Origin: an uncultured virus (IMG/VR IMGVR_UViG_3300030330_003596)
Taxonomy: Duplodnaviria > Heunggongvirae > Uroviricota > Caudoviricetes
Length of the DNA: 64,000 nt
Strand: one strand, 5' to 3'
Virus record (IMG/VR): IMGVR_UViG_3300030330_003596
Made by a program: the position numbers and the translations under genes
Notes under the pieces: generated by a model
Databases searched by the model: none
Seen by the model: only the letters and a program-made list of their open reading frames with translations
Told to the model about the DNA's origin: nothing
Part shown: in pieces, positions 30,595-39,717 of the stretch
Position numbering within the stretch: position 1 is the first letter of the stretch
Layout of the letters: every line of letters begins with the position of its first letter

Positions 30595-30926
30595 ATTTTC
30601 GCCTCCATTAAATTTCCTTGTGTTCTTTCTAAAATTTCAATAAGTTCTTCTTTTGACATTCTATAAATTTTTTCTGTAATAGCATCTACTAAATCTTCTC
30701 TTGTCATTTCAGCCAAATTATCCAATCTTTCTCCAAACATAGAATCAAATGAAGGGTCATCTGTTCTTCCTACGGGAGTTATGCTGGGCTTTCCACCAGA
30801 CATTCTTGTTTGTGGCTTTTGTCGAGATTTATCTCTAATTTGTTTTCTTTTACTAATTAATTCTCTCCAATTCATCTTAACCAACTCTCCTTTCTGTTCT
30901 TCTGTCGTTATTTTGATTTCCAGCAT
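30591..30926 (-). CDS. Hypothetical protein (likely true start MNWRELISK)
   Basis: ORF track; the internal Met just after the portal stop carries a W-tag variant. Confidence 0.55.
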   Translation of the reverse strand: MLEIKITTEEQKGELVKMNWRELISKRKQIRDKSRQKPQTRMSGGKPSITPVGRTDDPSFDSMFGERLDNLAEMTREDLVDAITEKIYRMSKEELIEILERTQGNLMEAKI

Positions 30927-32517
30927 CTAATGGCAATCCCGACATCCTCTTATCGGGGGCTACGCTCATGGAGGGTTTATTTCTTGTGGTCGCAGGGTTC
31001 TCCTGTGGCTTACTTCCACCCTGTAAAGCCTGTTCCTGCATTTGACCCATTTGCGAAGCATCAATGTTTGTTCCTGCATAGGGGTCAGTTTCCGTTTTTT
31101 CTTCTTCTCCCTGTCCTTCAGGTTTTTCTTCGGGTTCAGGTTTTTTAAACGTAAATTGACCATCTTCATCCATATCAACTTCAAATCCTAAATTTTTTGT
31201 TGATGCAGCGATATTGACTTCAATCTCACGCTTACGAAGAACTGCGATTTCATCCTCCTCTTCGCTTGGTGGTAGTTTTAAATTCCAATCTGTAATACCA
31301 AATTGTTTTACAAGGAATGGGAAAACATAATTATTATAGACAGTCTGTGCCTTTTGAACGGCTCTATTTGTAACAAGAATTTGCATACCTTCATTGTTTA
31401 ATCCACCGCTTGTGGTATTATCAGCCATGAATACCTTGCTTACACCATAAAATGCTGAGATTCTATCTCTCAAATCATCCTTAACAGACACATAATCCAT
31501 CTCTTTGAGACTGTCCATGAATTTAATCCATTCAACCGCACCTTTTCCTCCTTCGGCTTCAATTCCCATAACAGGAATAAAGTGCGGGTCTGCCTCCATT
31601 TTTTCTTTTACTGAACGCCAAAAGGAACGCATTGAATCCATATTTCTGGTTTGAACTGCAAGTAACCCTCTCGGCATTCTACTCTTAGTATATGATTGAT
31701 TAACATAGTTCTCCATAGCAATAAGAGTCATAATATTATTAAACAAAGTAATAACTGGAGACATACCATAAAGACGAGAAGGACTATATTTACTAAAGTG
31801 CAACACTTCTCCTTTCAAAAAGTGTTGGTCATCTCCTTTTACTCTATTAACATAATGAACAGGAAATAGACTACTACCGCAAACTTCACATTTTTCATGC
31901 GGGTCTTTATGAATAACACCACGATGATTTACACAGGTAAATCCTTTCGTTCCTCTTTGTCCATTTTCATCACTATAAATAAACATAGTAACTGGGTCGC
32001 CCCGATAAACTTCTTTAATGCGGTGCATTCTAATTTTACCATTGCCATCAATAAAATACTCTTTAACAAGAACGATGTAAGCATCATCCATAATGTTTAA
32101 ATCATCTTCAAGTTCCTGCAATACATCAATAAATAATTGTTCAGATTTATTTACATAACCTTCAATGAATTTCTCAGCGTATTCTAATTGTTTAACATCA
32201 GGAATTTTTAAATCAGAAGATTCACACCTTGAACATTCTTGGACTGGTCTTTTATGTTCTTTACCACAATTATTACATCTTGCTTCATATGCCTTTTCCC
32301 AAACATAACCTCTTCTGAATACTTCTTGTTTTAACTGAGTAATACAAGTTCTCGCAATAACTGATTGATTAACAATATTATAGATAATTGGGCCAGTCAT
32401 CATGTGATTGGTTTCTCTTTCCTGAATACCCATATTGTAGACTTTTCTATCGGCAGGTTTAGGAGTTTGTCTCCTAAACAAGTTAGTGATACTAAATCTT
32501 CTTTTTTCTTCAACCAT
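30877..32517 (-). CDS. Portal protein
   Basis: 546 aa; EVLHF...LYGMSPV...PRGLL...RISAFYGVSKVFM HK97-type portal pattern; between terminase and protease. Confidence 0.85.
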   Translation of the reverse strand: MVEEKRRFSITNLFRRQTPKPADRKVYNMGIQERETNHMMTGPIIYNIVNQSVIARTCITQLKQEVFRRGYVWEKAYEARCNNCGKEHKRPVQECSRCESSDLKIPDVKQLEYAEKFIEGYVNKSEQLFIDVLQELEDDLNIMDDAYIVLVKEYFIDGNGKIRMHRIKEVYRGDPVTMFIYSDENGQRGTKGFTCVNHRGVIHKDPHEKCEVCGSSLFPVHYVNRVKGDDQHFLKGEVLHFSKYSPSRLYGMSPVITLFNNIMTLIAMENYVNQSYTKSRMPRGLLAVQTRNMDSMRSFWRSVKEKMEADPHFIPVMGIEAEGGKGAVEWIKFMDSLKEMDYVSVKDDLRDRISAFYGVSKVFMADNTTSGGLNNEGMQILVTNRAVQKAQTVYNNYVFPFLVKQFGITDWNLKLPPSEEEDEIAVLRKREIEVNIAASTKNLGFEVDMDEDGQFTFKKPEPEEKPEGQGEEEKTETDPYAGTNIDASQMGQMQEQALQGGSKPQENPATTRNKPSMSVAPDKRMSGLPLDAGNQNNDRRTERRVG

Positions 32518-32570
32518 GAATTACACCCCCTGTTTTAATCCTACGCTATCCTTGCCTATCAACGCTTCGG

Positions 32571-32810
32571 TCATGGTTGGCCTCTATCCTCTATGTCATA
32601 TCTTTCGTTGCTTGAACGAAGCATTTCATCTAAAATACCCTTTAAATAGGTGGCTCTATTTTCAGGTTTTCTAAATCCTAACTTTAAATAATAAATAACC
32701 ATTCTTTGATTGATAGAGGCAAGATTAGAATATCTAACATATTTAGTTCTATCTCTTGGCAATTCATCATTTAGAATACCTTCTTTTAATTTTTTCCATG
32801 TCATTGCCAT
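32571..32810 (-). CDS. Hypothetical protein
   Basis: 79 aa starting M(A)MTWKKLK. Confidence 0.5.
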   Translation of the reverse strand: MAMTWKKLKEGILNDELPRDRTKYVRYSNLASINQRMVIYYLKLGFRKPENRATYLKGILDEMLRSSNERYDIEDRGQP

Positions 32811-32911
32811 TTTGATTCACTCATCCCTTTTGGTTTGCCATGTGCAATCCAACATAAATTGCAGAATCCAAATGGTTTATCTCCAAATGCGTAACATATG
32901 CCGCAATACAT
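32801..32911 (-). CDS. Small Zn-finger protein (36 aa)
   Basis: MYCGICYAFGDKPFGFCNLCWIAHGKPKGMSESKWQ; translated by hand. Confidence 0.45.
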   Translation of the reverse strand: MYCGICYAFGDKPFGFCNLCWIAHGKPKGMSESKWQ

Positions 32912-32934
32912 AAAATTATGATTTCCTAATACTT

Positions 32935-33219
32935 TCAACAGTTCCACCTTCTTCGGGCGGCTCTTGCTTTTTCACTATAAGTTCCGTCGGCTCGTTTAAA
33001 TCCTCTTGACCTCGCACAGAAAGATTTACGCCTTTTTGCTGCTTTGCTGCCTCTTTTTAATTTACTTGGTTTAGTAGTAACTGGTGGCTTTAAATTAGAA
33101 CCTTGTTCACGCTTAAACTTGGCACGACCTTTAGCACTTAATCCACCTGTTCTTGCGTGAATCTTTTTGTTATAACCCTTGAAAGGTTTCTTCTTAAGAA
33201 TTTCTTGCCATTCTTCCAT
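32935..33219 (-). CDS. Basic conserved phage protein (DUF6321-like) with W-tag
   Basis: GGLSAKGR...RRKSFCARS...RRRWNC motif; N-terminal MEEWQEILKK. Confidence 0.6.
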   Translation of the reverse strand: MEEWQEILKKKPFKGYNKKIHARTGGLSAKGRAKFKREQGSNLKPPVTTKPSKLKRGSKAAKRRKSFCARSRGFKRADGTYSEKARAARRRWNC

Positions 33220-33223
33220 TATA

Positions 33224-33736
33224 TCACCCTCTTTGCATATTTGTTCCAGTTTGCCTCATAGAAGGAAGAGAGGAAACTCCTTGTGAACCAATTGCTCTTT
33301 TTGCTTGGTCAAGGTCTTGTTGAGTTATTGGTCTATTATTAAATTTATAAACCCGTTTCATTTCATTCTTAAGTCTTTTTCCATACTGTTTAAAGGCTTG
33401 ATTATATGCAAATTTTACATTATCATCTTGAAATTGAAGTCCAAATTTTTCAATATCTTCTGGTTTATGAGTATAAATATCTCCATCTTCGTGCATAAAG
33501 ATTTTACCTTCCTTTCTTAACTTAGATAGGGCTTGTTTGATTTTTGATTCTTTGCCGAATTGCTTTAGGTTTTTCATTCCCAATGCTCCGCCTTCCTTCT
33601 CTATCTCTCTAAGAATTTGACGCTCTAATTTTGCCATTTTCATTCTAGGACTGATATTCATAAAATCAGTCATTTCATCAGGGTCTTCCTTAAATGGTTT
33701 TTTTAATATATTTTGCCAGTTAGTCATACTTATCAC
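33224..33736 (-). CDS. Hypothetical protein with W-tag, possible winged helix
   Basis: MTNWQNILKK; ILREIEKEGG...ALSKLRKEGKI. Confidence 0.5.
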   Translation of the reverse strand: MISMTNWQNILKKPFKEDPDEMTDFMNISPRMKMAKLERQILREIEKEGGALGMKNLKQFGKESKIKQALSKLRKEGKIFMHEDGDIYTHKPEDIEKFGLQFQDDNVKFAYNQAFKQYGKRLKNEMKRVYKFNNRPITQQDLDQAKRAIGSQGVSSLPSMRQTGTNMQRG

Positions 33737-34409
33737 CTATCATATAGCCTAATTTTTTTCCTGCTTGAATATCACTTGGATAATGACTTCCCATTTGCAT
33801 TCTTGATAAAGAAATCCTATCTGCCATTTCTTTAAGTTCTTTCCTTTTGTTTGGGTATTTCTTTCCTAATACTTTTTCTAATCCATGAGCCAACATTGAG
33901 TGTCCACTTGGAAATGCAGGAGTATCATCTGTTTTTGTTTTTGTTGTTTGAATTTTATCTGAAATTTCGTGAGGTCGTGGTCTTTGATATTTCATTTTTA
34001 AAGAGATGGCATAATAGTTTATGTCCTTCATAAAATCTTCATAATCTTTTTTATTTGCATCAACTATTTTAAACATTTCTATTTCTGGTTTTAAGTCAGA
34101 ATCTTTCATTTGTTTTGGTGTAAGTTTCTTTTTTTTCATAACCTTTAATATAGCAGGTATTTCTGTTTCCTCTTTTGGATAACTCATTTTTGGAATATCT
34201 AACTTTATTTTAGGACTCCTTTGTAAAATTTTACTTTTATCCTTTGATAACTTTCCTTGCCAAGTTCTTTTTTTAAGAATATCAAACCAACTTTTTTTAA
34301 CATAACCACTAGCATAAGCCGCCTGTGCAACTTGAACCGCTTTCTTTCTTGTTTTAAATGGGCCTTTTGAACCCCAATAAAAGCCGTCCTTCTTTTTGGT
34401 TATTGGCAC
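33720..34409 (-). CDS. PAP2/haloperoxidase-family phosphatase
   Basis: Motifs KMKYQRPRP, FPSGH and SRMQMGSHYPSD; internal SWFDILKK. Confidence 0.8.
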   Translation of the reverse strand: MPITKKKDGFYWGSKGPFKTRKKAVQVAQAAYASGYVKKSWFDILKKRTWQGKLSKDKSKILQRSPKIKLDIPKMSYPKEETEIPAILKVMKKKKLTPKQMKDSDLKPEIEMFKIVDANKKDYEDFMKDINYYAISLKMKYQRPRPHEISDKIQTTKTKTDDTPAFPSGHSMLAHGLEKVLGKKYPNKRKELKEMADRISLSRMQMGSHYPSDIQAGKKLGYMIGDKYD

Positions 34410-34415
34410 TATTTA

Positions 34416-34553
34416 TCACTTCTCTTTTATTTTTTTAACATATTCACGAATCCTTTTCGCTTGGCTAGTATGCATAGCAATTGCTTTATCTAACTCTTTA
34501 GCAATCTTTTCTAATTCGCTAACATCTTGTTTTAGTATTTCTTCCCATTTCAT
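34416..34553 (-). CDS. Small protein with W-tag (45 aa)
   Basis: MKWEEILKQDVSELEKIAKELDKAIAMHTSQAKRIREYVKKIKEK; translated by hand; fills the gap between coupled genes. Confidence 0.65.
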   Translation of the reverse strand: MKWEEILKQDVSELEKIAKELDKAIAMHTSQAKRIREYVKKIKEK

Positions 34554-34897
34554 TTCTTCATCCTCTCCGTTTTTCTTTTGCTTGATTCTTTTCTTGCTAA
34601 GGCTACCTTATGTGCTGCATTTAATCTCTTTTTTGTTTCAGGGTCTTTTGCTCTTTTAGCCGCCACTCTTGCTCTTTGTTCAACTAAGTTAATTATTTGT
34701 GATTGTCTCTTATGTGGTTTTGATTTAAACGAACCGCTTGCAAATGTTCCTCTTACATCTTTTGCTGTTTTAAACTTTACAGGAACAGTATCTTTTGGGT
34801 TTTCATCTGTATATAATCTTCTTGTTGAACCTTTTGGTTTCTTACCTGTTCCTTTCTTTGGGTCAGCCTTTAAGATTTTTTGCCACATCATAATCAC
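34550..34897 (-). CDS. Basic conserved viral protein with W-tag
   Basis: MMWQKILK followed by DPKKGTGKKPKGS.RRLYTDENPKDTV. Confidence 0.6.
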   Translation of the reverse strand: MIMMWQKILKADPKKGTGKKPKGSTRRLYTDENPKDTVPVKFKTAKDVRGTFASGSFKSKPHKRQSQIINLVEQRARVAAKRAKDPETKKRLNAAHKVALARKESSKRKTERMKK

Positions 34898-35178
34898 TTT
34901 TGACTAAACTTCTTTCCTGTTGGAACATGCTGAATACCTTTTTTGCGACCTTTTCTCTTCTTTGCGTCTTGATACCTTAAGGTTTTTTTATCTGTTCTTT
35001 GATAAGTTGATTTCGGCATATATCTTCCTTTAGTCTTAGATGGTGCTTTTTTTCCTTTTGCTTTTGCTCGGTGTTGTTCAGCACTTCCCCAATCTTCATC
35101 AGTCCAAGTAGATAAGTCTTGTTGCCTTTTTGATTTGGCTTTAAGAATATTACGCCAATTAATTTTTATATCCGCCAC
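34894..35178 (-). CDS. DUF5872-like protein, C-terminal half, with W-tag
   Basis: Probable GTG start at 35178; INWRNILK followed by QQDLSTWTDEDW...GRYMPK. Confidence 0.55.
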   Translation of the reverse strand: MADIKINWRNILKAKSKRQQDLSTWTDEDWGSAEQHRAKAKGKKAPSKTKGRYMPKSTYQRTDKKTLRYQDAKKRKGRKKGIQHVPTGKKFSQK

Positions 35179-35377
35179 CAGCCCTCTTATACGCCTGAGC
35201 CAACATCTGCGCTTTTCTTGCAGACCATTGACCTGCCGCACCACCTTTTGTTCCTCGTTTAATTCTATTAAAAATTCTTTTTCTCATTCCAGGTTTTGTA
35301 TAGTTTCCAGACTGATTTACAGTAGATTTCTTCTTTTTCTTTTTCTTTAAAATATCCTGCCATTCCATTTTTTTCAC
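35159..35377 (-). CDS. DUF5872-like protein, N-terminal half, with W-tag
   Basis: MEWQDILKK followed by NYTKP...GGAAGQWSARKAQMLAQAYKRAGGGY. Confidence 0.6.
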   Translation of the reverse strand: MKKMEWQDILKKKKKKKSTVNQSGNYTKPGMRKRIFNRIKRGTKGGAAGQWSARKAQMLAQAYKRAGGGYKN

Positions 35378-35380
35378 TTC

Positions 35381-36988
35381 CTATATTTTTCCATATTTTT
35401 TAATGTGTTCTTTAATATATTTATGCATTCTTCCAATGGCATAACTATAATTTTGACCAGACCTATACATTAAATGTGCTTTTTCTAATTCCTTAAATAT
35501 TTTATTACCTGTTTCATCAAGATTTTCAGGTTTCTTTCTTAAAAGTTTTTCAGTAGTAGAAATAATGAAATCTACTTCTCTATCACCTAAATTTTTTCTA
35601 TCTCTTAAATATGGATTAGAAGAACCCTTAATAATAGTTCCAATGTTTTCCATTTCATCCATAACTGACATCTTACAATTATCTTTGTATTTTTGTATAT
35701 CATCTAAATAAATGCCTTCTTTTAGCCAATCAAACCCCACATGGTCTTTATGGTTTTCCCATTTCATTAACTTAAAAATCTCATCACAACGGCCTTTATA
35801 CCAATCTGCTTTCTTGTAAGATTTCTTCATACGAATCAATTCAAGAAGTAATTTAGCGTTTCCTTTCTTTAATCTAAAATGAGGCAAACACTTTGTCAAT
35901 AATTTTGTTACGTCATCTTGAGAATAAAAGTTTAACCTGTTAATTAATCGAGTGGCCTGTGGAGATTTTTGGTCTAAGTGCATACGACCAAAACCAAGAG
36001 ACTTATGCATTTCTTCCATGAATGCACGACCCCTTGTTCCTGTTGCTACTAATCCTACTCTTGGATTCATATTGCGGTCAAGAGTAATATAACCATCTGA
36101 GTCAATAAATGCAGCAGTATAAGCCCAAATGTTTTTCTTAATCATAGAAGGAACTTTGTAATAATTACCCTTGATAGAAGTGATTTCTAACTTCTTAATG
36201 GCTTTTGAAATAGAATTAGGGCTTGATGCTTTATGTAAAGTAGAAGGCATTCTTTCGTGTATTCCAGCAGCATTAATTCCTGGATTTTCACAAACTGCTT
36301 TAAGAATGAAATCTTCTGTTCTTTGTCTCTTTGATTTTGTTAAAGACTGGTCTGTTATTTTACCAATAGCATTTCTAAATTCTTTCTTTGCTAAACTCAT
36401 TGTCTTATGCAATACGGAGTATTCTTTTCCATAAGCCATTCCATTCTGTTCTAATTCTGCTTCCCAGTATTTACAAAGAGCATCAATCGTTTCTCTTCTT
36501 AATTCAGAACTCTTCATCTTATGAAGTTTAGATAAATCTTTTTCATTATATCTCATCTTACGCAAAGGAACTTGATAATCAGATAGCCATGTAATAGAAT
36601 CAATGCACTTGTTTAAATGGTCTGTATAAGCATCAATCATTGTATCAATTGCTTTAGACATTCTTGTTCGATGTTCTCCCTTTAATGCTCTACGAGACTT
36701 TCGCATCTTTCTAACTAAATCAGGAATTGAATGTTCCTGAACAATATATTCATTGGGAAAAACAGAAAGCCTCTTTCTTGCATCACTGGCATTAATATTA
36801 AAAGCATTAGATAATTTAACAATTTCTTCATGCTCAGACATAACATAAGAATTATTAAAGATACTCTTCAATTCAGTATCTAGTTCTGTTTCTATGCTAT
36901 CTTTGACTTCTTCTTCTTCTTCATCTAAATCGGCTAAACGGTTCATTTGTTGAGCCGCTTGACGGTATTTATCTGCCTGTTCTGTCAT
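35381..36988 (-). CDS. Protein with an HTH and a LAGLIDADG endonuclease domain
   Basis: YTAAFIDSDGYI LAGLIDADG motif followed by LPHFRLKK; preceded by an HTH-like segment and a long helical N-terminus. Confidence 0.75.
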   Translation of the reverse strand: MTEQADKYRQAAQQMNRLADLDEEEEEVKDSIETELDTELKSIFNNSYVMSEHEEIVKLSNAFNINASDARKRLSVFPNEYIVQEHSIPDLVRKMRKSRRALKGEHRTRMSKAIDTMIDAYTDHLNKCIDSITWLSDYQVPLRKMRYNEKDLSKLHKMKSSELRRETIDALCKYWEAELEQNGMAYGKEYSVLHKTMSLAKKEFRNAIGKITDQSLTKSKRQRTEDFILKAVCENPGINAAGIHERMPSTLHKASSPNSISKAIKKLEITSIKGNYYKVPSMIKKNIWAYTAAFIDSDGYITLDRNMNPRVGLVATGTRGRAFMEEMHKSLGFGRMHLDQKSPQATRLINRLNFYSQDDVTKLLTKCLPHFRLKKGNAKLLLELIRMKKSYKKADWYKGRCDEIFKLMKWENHKDHVGFDWLKEGIYLDDIQKYKDNCKMSVMDEMENIGTIIKGSSNPYLRDRKNLGDREVDFIISTTEKLLRKKPENLDETGNKIFKELEKAHLMYRSGQNYSYAIGRMHKYIKEHIKKYGKI

Positions 36989-36997
36989 ATAAATACC

Positions 36998-38428
36998 TCA
37001 AAAATTCAAACCTATGGTAGAGGAATAGCCTCGTTGTGGCCGTTGTGGTTCATCGCCAAACAGCCCTAAATCGTCAAGCAGTATGAAGTTATCTGATGCT
37101 TGATATGTGGCTGCATTTGCTAAAGCAAGACTCATAACCATATCGTCGTGCGCTCCAATTCCTTCAAATTTTCCTCGTTCAGTAATAGCAAACATCGACA
37201 TTTCTTCAATCAATAAAGAAGAAACTTTTCTACTCTCTTCGTTGCCGTATGGGAAGTTAATCTTTCCATTTTCAAGAGTCATTTGTAAATTGAGAATAAT
37301 CTCCTGTTTCTTTCTTCGGGTTGTATCGAAGTCATGAACATTTACATCTGCGACTTGACGAAGTTCCTGAGTAAAAGATTTAGCGAATGTATTTGTTTCA
37401 AACAGAATAACTTCTGGTCTGAACACTTGGTTTAATAATTTCACCTTCTGTATATTCTCACGAAATTGAACGTTCTTTGCTCGGTCAATATATACAATGG
37501 ATTTATTTTCGTTCTCATCCATTTCAAGAACAGTAATCACGTTATAGTCTCCATCTGTTGAAATAGCAGGGTCTACGCCTATAAAGTATTTATATCCTTC
37601 ACGCTTCAATGGTTTTAAAACCAAATCTTTATTCTTTGCATTATCCAAATGTTCTGGATTAAAGAGAGATGTTCCTGTTGAAATAGGCACACACATATAT
37701 TCTCTTGTGAACATTAAAGAACCAACTTCTGCCTTACGAGCCATCAACGCCTCATAGTTCCAACGGTCAGGCCACAACGGTTCGTTTAGTGCATTTAAAC
37801 ACGGATATGTTCTAACAGTATAAGCAGCATTTTCTGATAATTGCTGGTAAATATCTGTATAACTAAACGGTGTTCCAATAACACGCAAAGATGCAGTATG
37901 GTGAAGTGTAGGAATCATATCCCCATAAAACCAATCCGTAACCTTTTGAATACCAGTCATACTAAATTCTTTCAAAGGGTCGTCAATAATAATCTCTTGA
38001 GGGTGAAGTCCACGAATCTGAGAACCAACCGACCTTTCAAGGATTTGATTGCCATTTGTCAATGTAATGTTTCCAATAGCCCAACCTCTTGCAGGTTTAA
38101 ATTTTTTGAGCATAGGATGAGTAAACATCTTGTCAATATCTCTCATGTGAACTAAAGTCTGTTTTTGGTTAGAAGAAATGTAAAGCATTTGATATGGAGG
38201 CTCTTCAAAGATTAATTTCCATACAACCCATGAATGCATAAATACAGATTTTCCGTGGTCTCTTGAACAAATAATTACAGTCCTTTGCGTAGTGTTCATT
38301 AATTCATGCCATTCCTGTATGTATGATGGGAAATCAAAACCTAATACATTTTGAAAGAAATAAGGAAATGAGTTTTTGGATAACTGCATATCCATCTCAT
38401 GTTCAAAATTGAAGGCTTCAAGTTCCAT
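36998..38428 (-). CDS. terL: Terminase large subunit
   Basis: Walker A SRDHGKS, Walker B IIIDD, coupling motif GTP, nuclease motifs GVDPA and HDDMVMSLALA. Confidence 0.92.
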   Translation of the reverse strand: MELEAFNFEHEMDMQLSKNSFPYFFQNVLGFDFPSYIQEWHELMNTTQRTVIICSRDHGKSVFMHSWVVWKLIFEEPPYQMLYISSNQKQTLVHMRDIDKMFTHPMLKKFKPARGWAIGNITLTNGNQILERSVGSQIRGLHPQEIIIDDPLKEFSMTGIQKVTDWFYGDMIPTLHHTASLRVIGTPFSYTDIYQQLSENAAYTVRTYPCLNALNEPLWPDRWNYEALMARKAEVGSLMFTREYMCVPISTGTSLFNPEHLDNAKNKDLVLKPLKREGYKYFIGVDPAISTDGDYNVITVLEMDENENKSIVYIDRAKNVQFRENIQKVKLLNQVFRPEVILFETNTFAKSFTQELRQVADVNVHDFDTTRRKKQEIILNLQMTLENGKINFPYGNEESRKVSSLLIEEMSMFAITERGKFEGIGAHDDMVMSLALANAATYQASDNFILLDDLGLFGDEPQRPQRGYSSTIGLNF

Positions 38429-39711
38429 TATTCTTCACCACTCTCAGCCTTTCCATCTGCATAATCTTGAAGAGATTCTTCTATTTGTTTAATTTTGTTT
38501 TCATCGGTTCCTCTAAGTTTCAAAATGGCTAATAAACTTTTTACTCTATGGGTATTAGTATATCCACTAACTCCATATTCGTTAAACATCTTTTCTGCTT
38601 CTTTAACAGTCAATTGATTATTTTCTGGTTTTTTACTAGTCAATTGCTCACTTTCTTCTTCATCATCCCACATAGGAAAGTATTTTGAATCTTCAGGCTC
38701 ATCAGTAGCAAACATTGTTGTAAAGACTATAACTTTGCCTCCACTATTATTTCTAATGTCTGTTCCTTGTTGTTGTGGTAAATACTCGCCCTCATCTACA
38801 ATATCAAATAAAACCTTAACCTTACTATTCTTAGAAACTGGGAAATATCCTCGTTTTGCATCAAATCCGCTTTGCATAATTTTTTCTCCAAAATACTGCA
38901 AACTTTCTTCATTAGCAATATGTTTAGGAACTCTTGCTGGCTCGTCGCCTTTCATTTCTCCTCCCTTGCCTCTATAAATGTAATGACCTGTAACAATAAA
39001 ACGATTATCAGTTGTTTCCATTGTTTCTGGATTGTTTAATTCTTCATGAATCATTGATACATAGCCACCAGAATCAGTATTATAGCCTGTAAATTTTTCA
39101 TATGGAGGCTGAGAAGGTTGCCACTTAATAATATCTCTCCACCCTCTTTGGTTTGATTTTAACAGATTAAACCATGCTGGCGTAGGGTCGTCAATAAATA
39201 CGCACTTTGCAAAATCACCTTCACCACGAATAGAACGAATAGCCCAATTACCATTAGGATATGCACTATTCCAAGCATTCACTATTTGTTCAGGTAGCAT
39301 TTGAGAAACCTGTTGGAAGTCATTATCTTCGGGAAACTTCCATCCGTTTTGTTTTGCTTTAGCAATCCAACGAGCGTTATCTCCATCTCTATGTCCAAAT
39401 GCCGCAACTAATGGTTTTGATTGATTCAACTGCGGTTCTCTCGCTATCTGTAATGCTCGATTATTTCCACCAATTTCTCTTCCCTTAGCACTAGCATACA
39501 TTCCACCAACAACAGTATGTGATGGATGTTCTTTAAATCCAACTGTTGATATTGCTTTATTATCATCATCAACACGAATAAGCCAACTATCTAAAGCATA
39601 GATACCAGATTCTAAATCAGCCCTGCGAGTATAGGGGTCGTCAGGATTATCTTGAGCAAACCTACTTTTCATATCTTCATATGAAAAAATCGCAGGGAGA
39701 ACTTTAGGCAT
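38428..39711 (-). CDS. Hypothetical multidomain protein (N-terminal GNAT-like?)
   Basis: 427 aa; VGGMYASAKGREIGG weakly resembles an acetyl-CoA loop; internal AWFNLLK and GWRDIIK. Confidence 0.45.
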   Translation of the reverse strand: MPKVLPAIFSYEDMKSRFAQDNPDDPYTRRADLESGIYALDSWLIRVDDDNKAISTVGFKEHPSHTVVGGMYASAKGREIGGNNRALQIAREPQLNQSKPLVAAFGHRDGDNARWIAKAKQNGWKFPEDNDFQQVSQMLPEQIVNAWNSAYPNGNWAIRSIRGEGDFAKCVFIDDPTPAWFNLLKSNQRGWRDIIKWQPSQPPYEKFTGYNTDSGGYVSMIHEELNNPETMETTDNRFIVTGHYIYRGKGGEMKGDEPARVPKHIANEESLQYFGEKIMQSGFDAKRGYFPVSKNSKVKVLFDIVDEGEYLPQQQGTDIRNNSGGKVIVFTTMFATDEPEDSKYFPMWDDEEESEQLTSKKPENNQLTVKEAEKMFNEYGVSGYTNTHRVKSLLAILKLRGTDENKIKQIEESLQDYADGKAESGEE

Positions 39712-39717
39712 GAAACA

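Noticed and set aside
35381..38428. Intein or group I intron associated with terL
   Set aside because: terL is intact with all motifs at normal length; the LAGLIDADG ORF is separate, with its own RBS and no splice-junction residues.
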